This document shows positions 12,401 to 23,459 of a stretch of DNA of 64,000 nucleotides, in pieces (the stretch's first letter is position 1; each line of letters opens with the position of its first letter). The notes under the pieces were generated by a model. That model did not search any database, was not told the DNA's origin, and saw nothing but the letters and a program-made list of their open reading frames with translations. The DNA comes from Antedon mediterranea (taxonomy: Eukaryota > Animalia > Echinodermata). The DNA is taken from positions 13,142,352 through 13,206,351 of the forward strand of contig NC_092678.1 in assembly GCF_964355755.1 (NCBI RefSeq), in the 5' to 3' direction. The position numbers and the translations under genes were made by a program.

Positions 12401-15400
12401 GGAATGAGCTACTGTTATTTTTTAAGTTTAATAATAAATTTCGTCATAATAATTTTTTTTCTCTATATAGGACGGAAACACCCCGCTGCATGAATACATG
12501 CGTTCAACAAATAAACCTACCTTAGAAGTGGTAAACTATCTCAGGAAACAAGGTGCTTCAATAACAGCACAAAATAAGGTAATAGAATTAAGCTTGGTTC
12601 CCACTAGAACGTAACGCAAGGACGTAAACGCAACGCAAGCGTTTTAACCAATGACAAGCGAAGTTATAGACAGTTAGCAATCACAAGCGAATAAGCCATC
12701 GCTTGTGATTCACTTGCGTTGCGTTACGTCCTTGCGTTGGGTCGCTAGTGGGAACCACGCTTTACGCATATAACGTACGTATGATCTGCACCGCAAATAT
12801 ATCTTATCCACTTTATTTTGTATCATATTACCATTGATTGAGTTATTTAGAATTACTTGCTGCAATACTATCTATATTATCTTATTTTAGGAACAAATGT
12901 AAGTAATTTTACCAATTCGATGTTTACCACTTCGAGTGAACATTTTGAAAACATTCAAAACACATACATATGTGTCTTGGCTATACTAAAATAGCTTCCC
13001 AGTTGGCTACATCATAATCGGAGTTACCCTGGAACCATCAACTTCAACCAACAAACACATAAAAAGTTTAATTACTAAAGATGGGAGCTTAGCAACGAGC
13101 CCAATTGATATTTTAAAGGAACAAATACAACATTTCGAAGGTTTATACGCAAAATTCTATTATAAACAAGCTTTCAGAAATAGAAAAAGAAAATTGTGAA
13201 GGTTACGTCACTATTGATGAATGTAAAAAGGCCATTTCAATGATGGAAAAAAATAAAACACCTGGATCGGATGATCTAAGTGTTGAATTTTATGTGTTCT
13301 TTTGGAATAATATTAAACATTTAATTTGCGATGCGTTAAATGAAAGTTATAATTCTCAAGAATTATCCTTTTCGCAAAAACGAGGTGTAATCACCCTTTT
13401 GTTCAAGGATGGAGAAAGAGAAAATTTGAATAATTGGCGTCCCATTACCCTCTTAAACACCGATTACAAAATTCTTGCACATGTATTAAGTAACAGACTT
13501 AAAATGGTTATTAAATCAATAGTAAGTTCAGACCAAAAAGGTTATATAAAAGGCCGTTTCGCTGGTGAAAACATTCGGTTAATAGAAGACCTGCTTTATT
13601 ATACAGAGTGTAATGATATCGAAGGGGCAATAATTACCGTAGATTTTAAGAAGGCTTTTGACTATATTAGTAGAGATTTTATGTTCAATGTTCTATAAAC
13701 GTTTAACTTTGGAATGTTCTTTTGTAACTGGGTAAAAGTATTATACAATAACGTTGAATGGGTCACAGTTAACAATGGTTGGGTTTCAAACAATTTTAAA
13801 ATGGAAAGAGGTATTAGACAAGGTTGTCCTCTATCTGCTCTGTTATTCATTTTAGTGGTTGAAGTAATGGCATCTAGAATAAGAAACAGAGATGACTATA
13901 AGGGTATTAAACTTCCAAATAATGAAAATAACATAGAATAAGCCAATTAGCCGATGATACTGTTTTGTATGTTGGTAATGACAAAAGTATTAAGTCAGCA
14001 GTCAGTGTAATTGAACGTTTTTGTGAAGTATCTGGAATGACACTAAATAAAAAAAAAACCAATGTTTTTTGGATTGGTAAATGGAAGAACAGAATAGATA
14101 GACCTTTAGAATTAAATTGGGTAAAACACCCGATCAAAATTTAAGGCATATATGTAGGGTATAATACAGAAGAATGTACCAGAAAAAAACTGGGATGTTA
14201 AATTAATAGAGCTAGAAAAGACTTTAAAACAATGGAATGCTAGAAATCTCTCAATTTTTGGTAGAATAATAATCCTGAAAAGTCTTGCACTATCTAAATT
14301 AACATATGCTGCAAATATCACTGATGTTCCAAAATATGTATATACACAAGTTACAAATCTAATATATAATTTTATTTGGAACAATAAAAGGGAAAAGATA
14401 AAAAGAAAAACTATAATTGGTGATGTTGAGATGGGAAGCATTAAAATGCCTGATTTTACTCTTCATGTTAACGCACTCATGTGTGGCTGGTTAAAAAGAA
14501 TTATGAATGATAATGGTGCTAAATGGAAAAATATTCCAATGTATTATATTAAAAAAATATGTGATGTTAATGTTTTACTTAATATGTCATGTTATAACAT
14601 TATTGATGTTAATTCTGATAAAATTCCACTGTTTTACAAAAATATGATAAAAGCCTACATATTATAACAGAATCTCAAAAAAAAAACTTGAAACTTATAA
14701 CGATATAATGAATGAGCAACTGTGGGGAAACCACTACGTTAAACTAAAAAAAAAATCGCTTTTCTACAAGCATTGGATTGACAGTGGCATTATCAGTATT
14801 AAAGACATTGTTAATAAGAAAACTTTTTTAACATCAAACGAAATACTGGTGAAACTACAATGTAAAACAAACTGGTTAGTGTGCAAATACAAATGAGTAT
14901 TTGTGCATTATTAAGGCAATACCAATTCAATGGAAACGTATTATTAAGGAGGTAGATATTTTCAATTGTGATGATAATGATGAATTAGTTGGGACCAAGT
15001 ATGAGATTAATACTACCAAACTAATATACTCATGGTTTGTGAAAGAATATTTCATTATTCCAATGTCACAACTCAAATGGGAAGAGTACTTCAATGATAA
15101 CAACATTGATTGGAAAACCTCTTAGTTACGGAAAGTATGTAAAATGAAAGATAAGAAACTAGCACAATTCAATTATAAGATGTTACATAGAATACTGCCT
15201 ACCAACAAACGGCTGTATCAGTGGAAAGTTAAGGAAACACAAACGTGTGACAAATGTGGAGAAATTGAAAATGAAAATCATTTGTTTTTTAGTTGTAGAT
15301 TTATTCAGAAATATTGGAGGAAAATGCTTAGTATCTTTGTAAGTTTAAATCACAATAATATATCATTTAAACAATTAATACTAGGAACGGGAGATAAGCT

Positions 15401-18400
15401 AATAGATTATATTTACACTTTTGCAGCATTTTCTATTTATAGAATAAAAATGTTATCTGCACTAAATAAGCCAGTGGGTAAATCTTTATGGAATTCATTT
15501 AAAAGCAATATGTTATATAACATTGAATGTGAAACATATAACAATAAAGAAACAAGTATAGAAAAATGGGTAGCTTTAAGAAATAAGATTATGATAATAT
15601 AATTTCTAATTTGATACGATTAACCGAAAAAGAATTACAGTGATACGGGTTACTGTTGGTACTGAGCTATTATTGTTTTTTTTTATCATGTATATAAATA
15701 TATTGTATAATCCGGGTTGTAAAATGAAAACAAACAAATGAAAATGTGTGAACTATTTTAAAACGGGATAGATGATAATGATGATCCTGTCAAGTGTATA
15801 ACAAAATATAAGAAAATTTATGAAAAAAGGAGTAATACAGAATTCATATATGTAAAAATGTTACTTATGAACTGTAACGACATTTACAAGTTAAATAATA
15901 CGATTTTATGTAATATGAGATAATATGAATGTGAATAAAAGTGGTGTTTGCGCCACAAAAGAGAAAAAAAAAAACTTCAAACAATATGTTCTAACCAAAT
16001 TTAAAAAACCGCACAAATACACAATTGACGCGTATGCTTATAATGTGGGCTGAAATTGTTTAGTACGCAAATTACGTAGATATTTGATATACTTTTATGT
16101 TTATAGGAAGGAAAAACAGCAGTATCTGTTTTAGAAGAAAATGCGCAGATAGAACAAACAGAAAAACACATGATTTTAGAATATTTTGACAGTAAGTTAA
16201 AAATACCATATCAAACTAAATTAAAGTATATTTAAATTTAAAGTTTTACATACAACCATGAATTTGTAAACCTAAATGATACATGTATGTTATGCGTTTT
16301 TTTAATTATTTATAATTAGAACTGCTAGTTCCTCCAGAAATATTTGCCATGGGTAAAGAGGCTATTAAGATATATAAAGATGAATTGAAAGATGGTAAAA
16401 TTGCAGTTGTGAATTCAAGATGTATGTTTCTTGGAAAGGAAGGTGCTGGCAAGACAAGCTGCGTAAAGTCCATGCTTAGAGAGAGGTAAACAAAATACAA
16501 ATTACACAAATTAACATCTTACCCTACTGAAAGAAAACGAAATAAAATAAAATATAAAACATATTAGGCTAATATTTTTAATCAATTATTTCAATGTAAA
16601 TATATACGTGTATTATGTTTACTAATGGTTATAATATACAGATTTTTTTTATTTTTTTTTAATTGTGTATTTGTATCAACTAGTTTGATAATTTAAATTC
16701 GTGTTGGATGTAATGGATAAAAGTATTTTGTTTTAACGTCAACGTACATGTTTACAATAGATTCAACCCCAATGAACCATCGACGGATGGTATAGTTACA
16801 GCCACCGTGTTTAAAGCAACTGGAGAGAGTAAATGGAAGAAGATTAAAGAGGAAAACGGTAAAGATAATGTGATTACTCAAACTCTAAATGTTTGTCTTA
16901 CGTTATCATCATTATTTATATTTCTTTAAAATTGATAACATCTGTATCTGGAATTTTGGAATTGTTTAAAAGACATCACACGGTAATAGGCATACAGGTT
17001 AAAATTAATTCCTTTCTCATAAACTCCTAACAATAACTTTTTATGCGATACCGTATTAATTCTTTGCCAATTTGTTTATTTGTACAGATACTGAGCTAAC
17101 CAAGAAAATTCGTAAAAATGCATTAGTGAAGAGAGTTGACAACGAGTTAAAACAGGGTATGTACAAAAAAAATAATTGAACCTTGTTTAACACTTGAATG
17201 CATCATTCACCTTTCATTTATAAATGATGATAAACGAGACTGTAGATTCGATATTGTGGAATAAAACAATACCCTAGACGATAGTATAAAAATGCTGAAA
17301 TTCAACAGTTTTATTTACGATCACCATGAGATAAAAAATTACATGATTAATATCAATTTAAAATATTAAAAACATTAAACATTAGACATTAAAAAGTTAC
17401 AAATAAAAAGTACCGGCAATAGTAAATTATAGGATAGGATTTAAATAAAAAATGACATAATATAAAGAGGGTAAAATAGATTTACAATAATGATGGGTAA
17501 TGCTTCTATTGTATCGCTCGAAAATATGATTTCATTATTTTTACAGCTGCAATATGTTCTCTCGATTTCGTTTTGTCGACATTATATTTTTTTCTCAACA
17601 TCATTTCATTTCATGTTATTTTCGTGACCTTAAAAAAAAATAATTATTTGTAATATAAGTTTGAAATATAAGACTTCTCTCGAATAATTTCTTTTTATTT
17701 TATTAACATTTGAAAAAAAAACAAGCATCCGTGAAAACCCCGGACAGCAGATTAAATTATTTTTTTGTGTTTTTGTTTTATCCTGTAATAGAAATCAGTG
17801 AAAACCGAAGCTCCTTGAAAAAAATTAAAGATTTTGTAAGAAGTAAAATAGGAAAAGATGATTCAGAGAGCATTCCAAATGAAATAACTAGCATATGGGA
17901 CTACGCTGGTCAATTGGACTACTTCATAACACACAGGGTATGCTTATCAATATGTCAATTATTAAAATAAGTAGCATACTAACGTGTGTAAACAGGATGT
18001 ACATTGCATTTGACATTATCCTTAACATCAGATAGGCGTAATGTCGATATTACTGTTACCAAAATTGTATATCCATACCAGCCTATTTTCTGCCGTAACG
18101 TAACCATTCCATTCAATATGATTAATAATTCTTCATTATTATACTATATCGTGGTCAACACAAGCTTAATGACAAACACATGTAAATGTTATGAAATCTT
18201 TGACTATGTAAAAATGCTATTATATACATATTAGGTTACGTAAATATTGCTGTAAATATTTTTCAAAACGTAGTTTGCTTTGTCTTAACTGCAATGAAAC
18301 GATTATAATATGTACCATTTTAACATTAATCAGTTTACATATACTCGTCTCAGAATACAATATTTCCGATAGCATTGCGTCGACAAATGATATGATATAG

Positions 18401-20849
18401 TCAAATATACATATAAATTCAACGCCAAAAATATGCGAAAGATGTTCAGAAGGAACTTTAAAGCAGAAAATAATGAAAATTCTCGTATTCATAATTATTA
18501 CATTTCAGATATATTCTAATTGTCGTTTTGGCGATTGAAGCATTCTCCGTCATAATCGATCCTCATAGTTGCCAAAAATATCATAGACCACCATGCACCT
18601 ACCATAAACAAGATCTTAGTAACAAGGCCATATACATGGCTGCAGTCGCGTGCTCAAGTTAGTGTTTACCGACCAACCGACATATACCCCTTTTACACCA
18701 CCAAGCTTATAACAAACCCGTGTTGTGTCTGCATACATTTCCTTTTCACACCTGATTCATAAAACGGGGATGACACGGGTTGCGTGTATTTACGCTGCAA
18801 AATACCAACCCATGTAAATGTTCTAGATCAATCGAAATATCTCCCTCTCACGCATGAAGAGACGCCATAGTAACGGTTTGCTGATAATACCTCCCACAAT
18901 TTTGTTTTATGGCAATACACACACAAATTACGTCTACTCGGGAAGAATAATATCTTGAAATAAAAATGAATAACAAATAACAATAAGTTTTAATTATTAA
19001 ATAAGCGAATAAACAAAATCAATCTTATCCTAATTTTATTTAAATTAGATACTATAGTGGGCGAGGATAGTAAACAAACGAGTAAAGATACGCTGAGCGT
19101 TTTACACCGCAAACACAGGTTCATCCTGGGTGCGTCTCCCGGGTTGACTTGAGGGAGAATGCTCCAACCGCCCCAAAATGAGATTCCAAAAATCATTATA
19201 TCCTACATGAATTGTCTGTGTTTTGTTCAGTTTTTCCTCACAAATACAGTATCGTACTGCGTTGCGTTTAGTGCGTTGGATAAATTAGACGAACAAGCTA
19301 AAATACGAGATCCAGCATTGGTAAGTTTACTAAGTTAGATTATGCTATTATATTAAAATGTAATATTAATAGTTTAATAATAATGTACGTTGGCTATGTT
19401 ATACAATAATAGTATAATATCCTTTTAAATCCATTTTACATTTAAATTTAGGGTCCGTTAGGATTGACTAATTTGGACATAATTCTGTTCTGGGTAAGGT
19501 CAGTATATGAACATACTGTGGCACAATATGCTTCAGGAAACACCATTTCAATTGATGGCAAAGTGATAAAATCGCCTCCCATCAGTTTGGTTGCTACTCA
19601 TATAGACAAATTGCCAGGGAGAAGAACATCAGAAAAGCTGAAAGAGGTAATAGCCACAATAAAATAGACAGATAGAAATATAAATAGATATTGATTATTT
19701 CTGTCTACTAGATTATAACAGTGTTTTAATGAAGTAGCAGTATGTAAATACATAATTAATATACAGGTACTATAAAGAGCAATGGTCCTAACGTTGAGTA
19801 TTACAACATGCATAAATATTATACTATAATATAAAAACAAAATTCCTGCTGGCTTTTTTTTGGGAGAAAAACAAAGTGTATACATTTGTGAGTCGTTAAA
19901 AATCATCAATACATACTGTTATACGTTTGATTAACGGTTTCACAAGACAATTGAAATATTAGGCAAACATCTATCACATCAATAAAAATAATAATACCAT
20001 AAAAAAAGTGTAAGTAAGTAATGATTAGTGCCGGGATTAGTGCTTCAACAAACACAAAAGTGTATAATGATATTATGATAAGAAAATTATAGGTGTTTAA
20101 ATGAATGGTTTGTGTTGCAGGCTATGTACTAAATTGGACAGCCAACTGTTTATCGACATGTTTTTAGACTTATAGCTTGAATAGTGTGTGTCCGCAAATA
20201 TATCTTTCTCACAAAGTGTTTCAATTCAATTGTAGTATTGAACCGTATTTACTGTATTATGTAAATATTCAACCAAACGGTTACATTGGGTTTTTTCAGT
20301 ATTGACACGACCGTGGTTGTAGGCATAGTATGTATAGACATAGGACATCTCACGTAATATCAGTTATTTAGCTTCGTATCATCTGGACCGCTATGCAGTG
20401 CATGTAGGCTTACATACGATTTCTCATTTAAAAATATTAATCCACTGAAACATTGAACATTGAATTTTGAATTGACAGACTTTAGCAGTAGGTATGGTTG
20501 GCAACATTAAACACACACTGCAATATATTACAGTTAAAAGGTATTCATTTTTTATAAACGTAAACTGTAACAATATAAATACAGGTACTGTTATTATTTG
20601 AAGGTTCAGAATATGTATCAGACCATTTTTGCTAAAATGGAAAGAATGGAATATGCCGAGCATGTAGATCGTGAAATGTACATGGTCAACAACACGGTGA
20701 AATCACACGAAGGTATTGAGAAACTTAAGAGAAACGTTGTGAAATACATGGATGTAATAGGGACGAAGGTAATTCCTCTAAAGTGGCTTGATTTTCAGGA
20801 AAGATTGCAACAAATTGGAAAAACAAGACTGTGCATTACATTTAATGAG
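3340..20849 (+). CDS. Ankyrin-repeat ROCO protein (6 ANK + linker + Roc GTPase + start of COR); 14 exons, 578 open codons, both ends missing
   Basis: Exons with AG/GT ends and compatible phases: 3340-3444, 3937-4041, 6894-6998, 11147-11251, 11489-11599, 12471-12578, 16107-16191, 16320-16485, 16761-16858, 17088-17156, 17792-17937, 19231-19320, 19452-19646, 20604-20849 (1734 nt, no stop). Motifs: VPPEI pre-Roc, G1 GKEGAGKTS, switch I STDGI, G3 WDYAGQ..Y..TH, G4 VATHID, COR entry IPLKWL. Confidence 0.88.
3937..4041 (+). CDS. Ankyrin exon, 105 nt: DGNSPLHEYMRSNEPALDVVNYLTKQGASITALNK
   Basis: tag|GAC...AAG|gtaata; starts 597 bp after the previous exon, with paralogous flanking intron. Confidence 0.9.
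4072..5510 (-). mobile_element. Non-autonomous Helitron (family 1), full length
   Basis: Minus strand starts TCTATATATAAATTTACG and ends in a hairpin plus CTAG; inserted between A and T of atatgA|Ttacacc with no TSD (empty site visible at ~3465-3480). Confidence 0.85.
5653..5849. mobile_element. MITE, PIF/Harbinger-like
   Basis: TIRs AGCTTGGTTCCCACTAG / CTAGTGGGAACCACGCT, flanks TAA/TTA; second copy at 12591-12761. Confidence 0.8.
6193..6550 (+). mobile_element. 5S rRNA-derived SINE (SINE3 type) with (TAAAA)n tail
   Basis: 6193-6305 is a mutated 5S rRNA (TACGGC..TACCACGTTGAAACACCGGTTCTCGTCAGATCACCGAAGTTAAGC...GGGAATATCGGGTGCTGTA), followed by a ~220-bp body and A-rich tail; body and tail recur at ~32440-32685. 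Confidence 0.85.
6894..6998 (+). CDS. Ankyrin exon, 105 nt: DGNNLLHEYMRSNKPTLKIVKYFTKQGATVSAPNK
   Basis: tag|GAC...AAG|gtaact. Confidence 0.85.
7020..7500 (+). mobile_element. Decayed LINE fragment, Rex1/Babar-like
   Basis: Remnant peptides YKRKIENNVVSNDMKKVWTGM and ELFRKLKHSKAPTPDSIQSKVLKACC. Confidence 0.55.
8220..9037 (+). mobile_element. 5'-truncated CR1/Jockey-group LINE reverse transcriptase; probable 3' tail resumes at ~10795-11110
   Basis: SWFKSYL..RLQRVVIDG...SGVPQGSILASLLFNIFVNE...MFAEDLKIY (degenerate YADD), with frameshifts. Confidence 0.85.
9038..10794 (+). mobile_element. Helentron-associated (DINE-1/HINE-like) element, composite
   Basis: T-run flanks, 5' stem-loop AGTCG..CGACT, (GTCG/GTCT)n microsatellite, 3' GCACGC(G/A)ACT plus short hairpin ending TTG|TTTT; related copies at 36785-37643, 38175-38622 and 18621-18682 (minus). 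Confidence 0.7.
9763..10607. mobile_element. Non-autonomous DNA transposon, ISL2EU-like, nested in the HINE
   Basis: TIRs AATAGAGAGAAATGGCGAACC / GGTTCGCCATTTCTCTCTATT; the empty site cgaattgga at ~37497 implies an AT TSD; shares GTGGGTATAGATT(T)GTAAACAAACC with 23644-24448. Confidence 0.7.
11147..11251 (+). CDS. Divergent ankyrin exon, 105 nt: NGYTPINIYLDRGDVKLEILYCLITNGESPTLPKK
   Basis: cag|AAT...AAG|gtaatt, open, phase 0/0. Confidence 0.8.
11489..11599 (+). CDS. Divergent ankyrin exon, 111 nt: EGSNALHIHLSGRYVKPTLEIVTNLIKLGVSPTLPNK
   Basis: poly-T ag|GAA...AAG|gtaaag; paralogue at 33714-33815. Confidence 0.85.
12471..12578 (+). CDS. Ankyrin exon, 108 nt: DGNTPLHEYMRSTNKPTLEVVNYLRKQGASITAQNK
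   Basis: tag|GAC...AAG|gtaata; carries a one-codon in-frame insertion. Confidence 0.88.
12591..12761. mobile_element. MITE, PIF/Harbinger-like (copy 2)
   Basis: Same TIRs as 5653-5849, TTA on both sides. Confidence 0.8.
13052..15972 (+). mobile_element. 5'-truncated L1/Tx1-clade LINE (RT, zf-RVT, 3'UTR, polyA), frameshifted
   Basis: KTPGSDDLSVEFY, NWRPITLLNTDYKIL, RGIRQGCPLSALLF, SQLADDT, CDKCGEIENENHLFFSC; AATAAA plus A-tail; candidate TSD AACTTCAA(C/A)CAA at 13040-13051 and 15973-15984. Confidence 0.92.
16107..19646 (+). CDS. Linker and Roc GTPase exons of the ROCO gene
   Basis: EGKTAVSVLE...LLVPPEIFAMGKEAIKIYKDELKDGKIAVVNSRCMFLGKEGAGKTSCVKSMLRERFNPNEPSTDGI...SIWDYAGQLDYFITHRFFLT...TNLDIILFWVRSVYEH...PPISLVATHIDKL. 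Confidence 0.92.
20604..20849 (+). CDS. Roc C-terminus / start of COR exon (last exon found)
   Basis: YMVNNT...GIEKLKRNV...VIPLKWLDFQERL...CITFNE|gtaaat. Confidence 0.85.
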
Positions 20850-20891
20850 GTAAATCTTGATTGTGCTTTCATGGTATAATAGCAATATCTA

Positions 20892-21473
20892 TTTTGCTAC
20901 TCGGAGACTGCGGCAATTAACAAACTCATAGAATAATAAATAAAGACGCATACAACATAAGTTCTGGCTTAAATAGTTTAATTAGTAAATGAACATTCAC
21001 CCATGTAAAACTGCACATAAAAGTCATAAGCAAATATAAGTTATATAGCAATAATTTTCCAATTCTAAGTAAGCACAACAGGGATGCTCAGAGAAAAATA
21101 GCCCTATTGCCATAAGTGTCATAATATTGGGCGGGAGGGAGGGAAAATTGTCTTCAACTTAATGTGATCGTGTTAAAAGAGAGGATGCTTGATCAAAGAG
21201 GTCGAAAACCCGCCCTCTCCGTTCTCAAAATAGAATTGTGTTTCCAACCCAATTCTTGATTTTTGCTACTCGGAGACTGCGGCAATTAACACACTCATAG
21301 AATAATAAATAAAGACGCATACAACATAAGTTCTGGCTTAAATAGTTTAATTAGTAAATGAACATTCACCCATGTAAAACTGCACATAAAAGTCATAAGC
21401 AAATATAAGTTATATAGCAATAATTTTCCAATTCTAAGTAAGCACAACAGGGATGCTCAGAGAAAAATAGCCC
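20892..21473. repeat. ~213-bp near-perfect direct repeat (20892-21105, 21261-21473) with a ~155-bp spacer; possible DIRS/Ngaro-type end
   Basis: TTTTGCTACTCGGAGACTGCGG...GAGAAAAATAGCCC occurs twice; the family assignment is only a guess. Confidence 0.6.
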
Positions 21474-22322
21474 GCGGCAGGTGCCAAGGCACCGCCAAGA
21501 GCAGCCCACCAAAGAGCAGGAAACAAGGCAGAATGTTCACTTACTCGCATGAAACTGAGATAAAAAAAAACAACCAGGACTCCCTGGAAGAGTCTCCAAA
21601 GAGACTGATAGGTACAAAAATCACAATTAATACAACGATGCTCCCCATGAAAGTATACGCAGATACTTCATGGCAGTATGTTGAGCATCAGCACCTTCCA
21701 CCCAAGGCTAATCCAAGGGCTCCACTACCGTGCACTGCAATGGGAGCAAAGTTGTACTAACACATCGCCAATAAACAATACTGACAGAAAAAACAAAAAC
21801 GCATGGATGTGAGTTATAATGTAAATGTAGATTTTTATTATGTTGTTGAAAATTCGTAGAAATATAAATTATTCAAAAAAATACAATGATACAGCTGGCC
21901 ACCTCTTGAACTTGATGAGGGAAATCCCTGTTTTCAGTTTTTGACCGCCCATTTGGAGATCTAAAAGTATGATGCTTTTTGATTGGAGTTTCCGTAACAA
22001 CCTGAGGTGATTGTCAATTAGATTGCCAAGGGCTTTAGGTTGTCAACAAATCATGTCCCAGGTTAAGATAAAATATGATAAGATAAATCTTTATTGTCAT
22101 GAACACAACAAGGCGAGCATGAAATTGGTTTTCCTTGATGCTTAAAAACACATACAATATATAAAACATTAAAAATATCAATACAATACATTAAAAATAT
22201 ATACAGTTGTAAACAAGTAAAACAAACTATCTTTGAAATGTTGAGTTGGAAACATGAATAGAGTTGTGGACGATGTCTAGAACAGAATTAGTGACCTTAC
22301 AGAAACTTTTTATTTGAACTCA

Positions 22323-22921
22323 TTTAAACAAACCCAATTTGTGTTTTGTATATAACATTAGGGTTGAGGGATAGGGAAGAGGATGTAACGATACACCACT
22401 ACGAAGTTTATATTGTTTATAATTAATTATTAATATAAACGTTGAGAAGCAGCTGTCAGTAATACAGTTTCTTATTTGTATATTATGTGTTTATATATCC
22501 AGCAGTAGAGCATACCCACGGTAACAGTAATACATGTTCTTTGTATATGTGTTTATATATCTAACAGTTAACCACATTCACCGTAAGAAAGTTTCGATTC
22601 AAATGGCGACCAAAAATGGTTAATACGTATTTACAATAATGTCAAAGTTTTGCAATATCTCAGTTTTAAGTTTATTCTCCAAGGGCTCATAAATTTACCT
22701 ACTTGTGTTAAACCAACACCCCTATTTGGAGCAAATAATTAAACCTAAATTCGTTTTAATTGTTAATAACTAATTATCTGACTAAATTTAATTAATAAAC
22801 AGGGCTACATCAGGTGGTAAAAACCAGTACCGAGATTCTAACCAACTTTATCATCGAGTAAACATTCTAGGAATAACGCACGATTTACCGAATTTTTTCC
22901 TTACGTAAATTTATATATAGA
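22323..22921 (-). mobile_element. Helitron family 1, partial copy (5' end present, 3' end lost)
   Basis: Ends TACGTAAATTTATATATAGA|T as at 5510; internal blocks match 4310-4560 and 5300-5510. Confidence 0.75.
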
Positions 22922-23459
22922 TTATTATTGATCAACAGGTATTTAATCTATACAGTAATGGAAAAAAATATGAAAGAAAATTATCATAATCAGATTCTTC
23001 AATGAACACATGTAATTCCGACAGTTTGAAAAAGAAAATTGATCGTGCAAATAATGTTTACGTTTCAACATATTTTTATTTATTACATATTTCTATGGTA
23101 TCAAAAACATATTTTTAATAAACATTTGATTTAAAATTGTGTATTTATATTATACAATTAACTGGTGAAACAATGGGCATGATGTGATTTATAATTAAGA
23201 GCTATGTTAGATTTTGTGTAATTTTGCGATTAACCAACACATTTTTATTTTGTTACACGTTTCCATGATAACAACAAAAACATATTTTTCGTGTTTTATT
23301 AAAAATTGTGTATTTATAGTATACAATTAAATAGTGAAAACAAAAAATGGGCATTATGTGATTCATAATTAAAGAACTATCTTTGATTTGTATGTATTTT
23401 TGCGATAAAACGAAAATTTTTTTATTTTTTTTATATTTTTTTTCTCTTTAACATATTAA

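Noticed and set aside
16306-16509. Minus-strand 67-aa ORF
   Set aside because: Antisense shadow of the Roc P-loop exon
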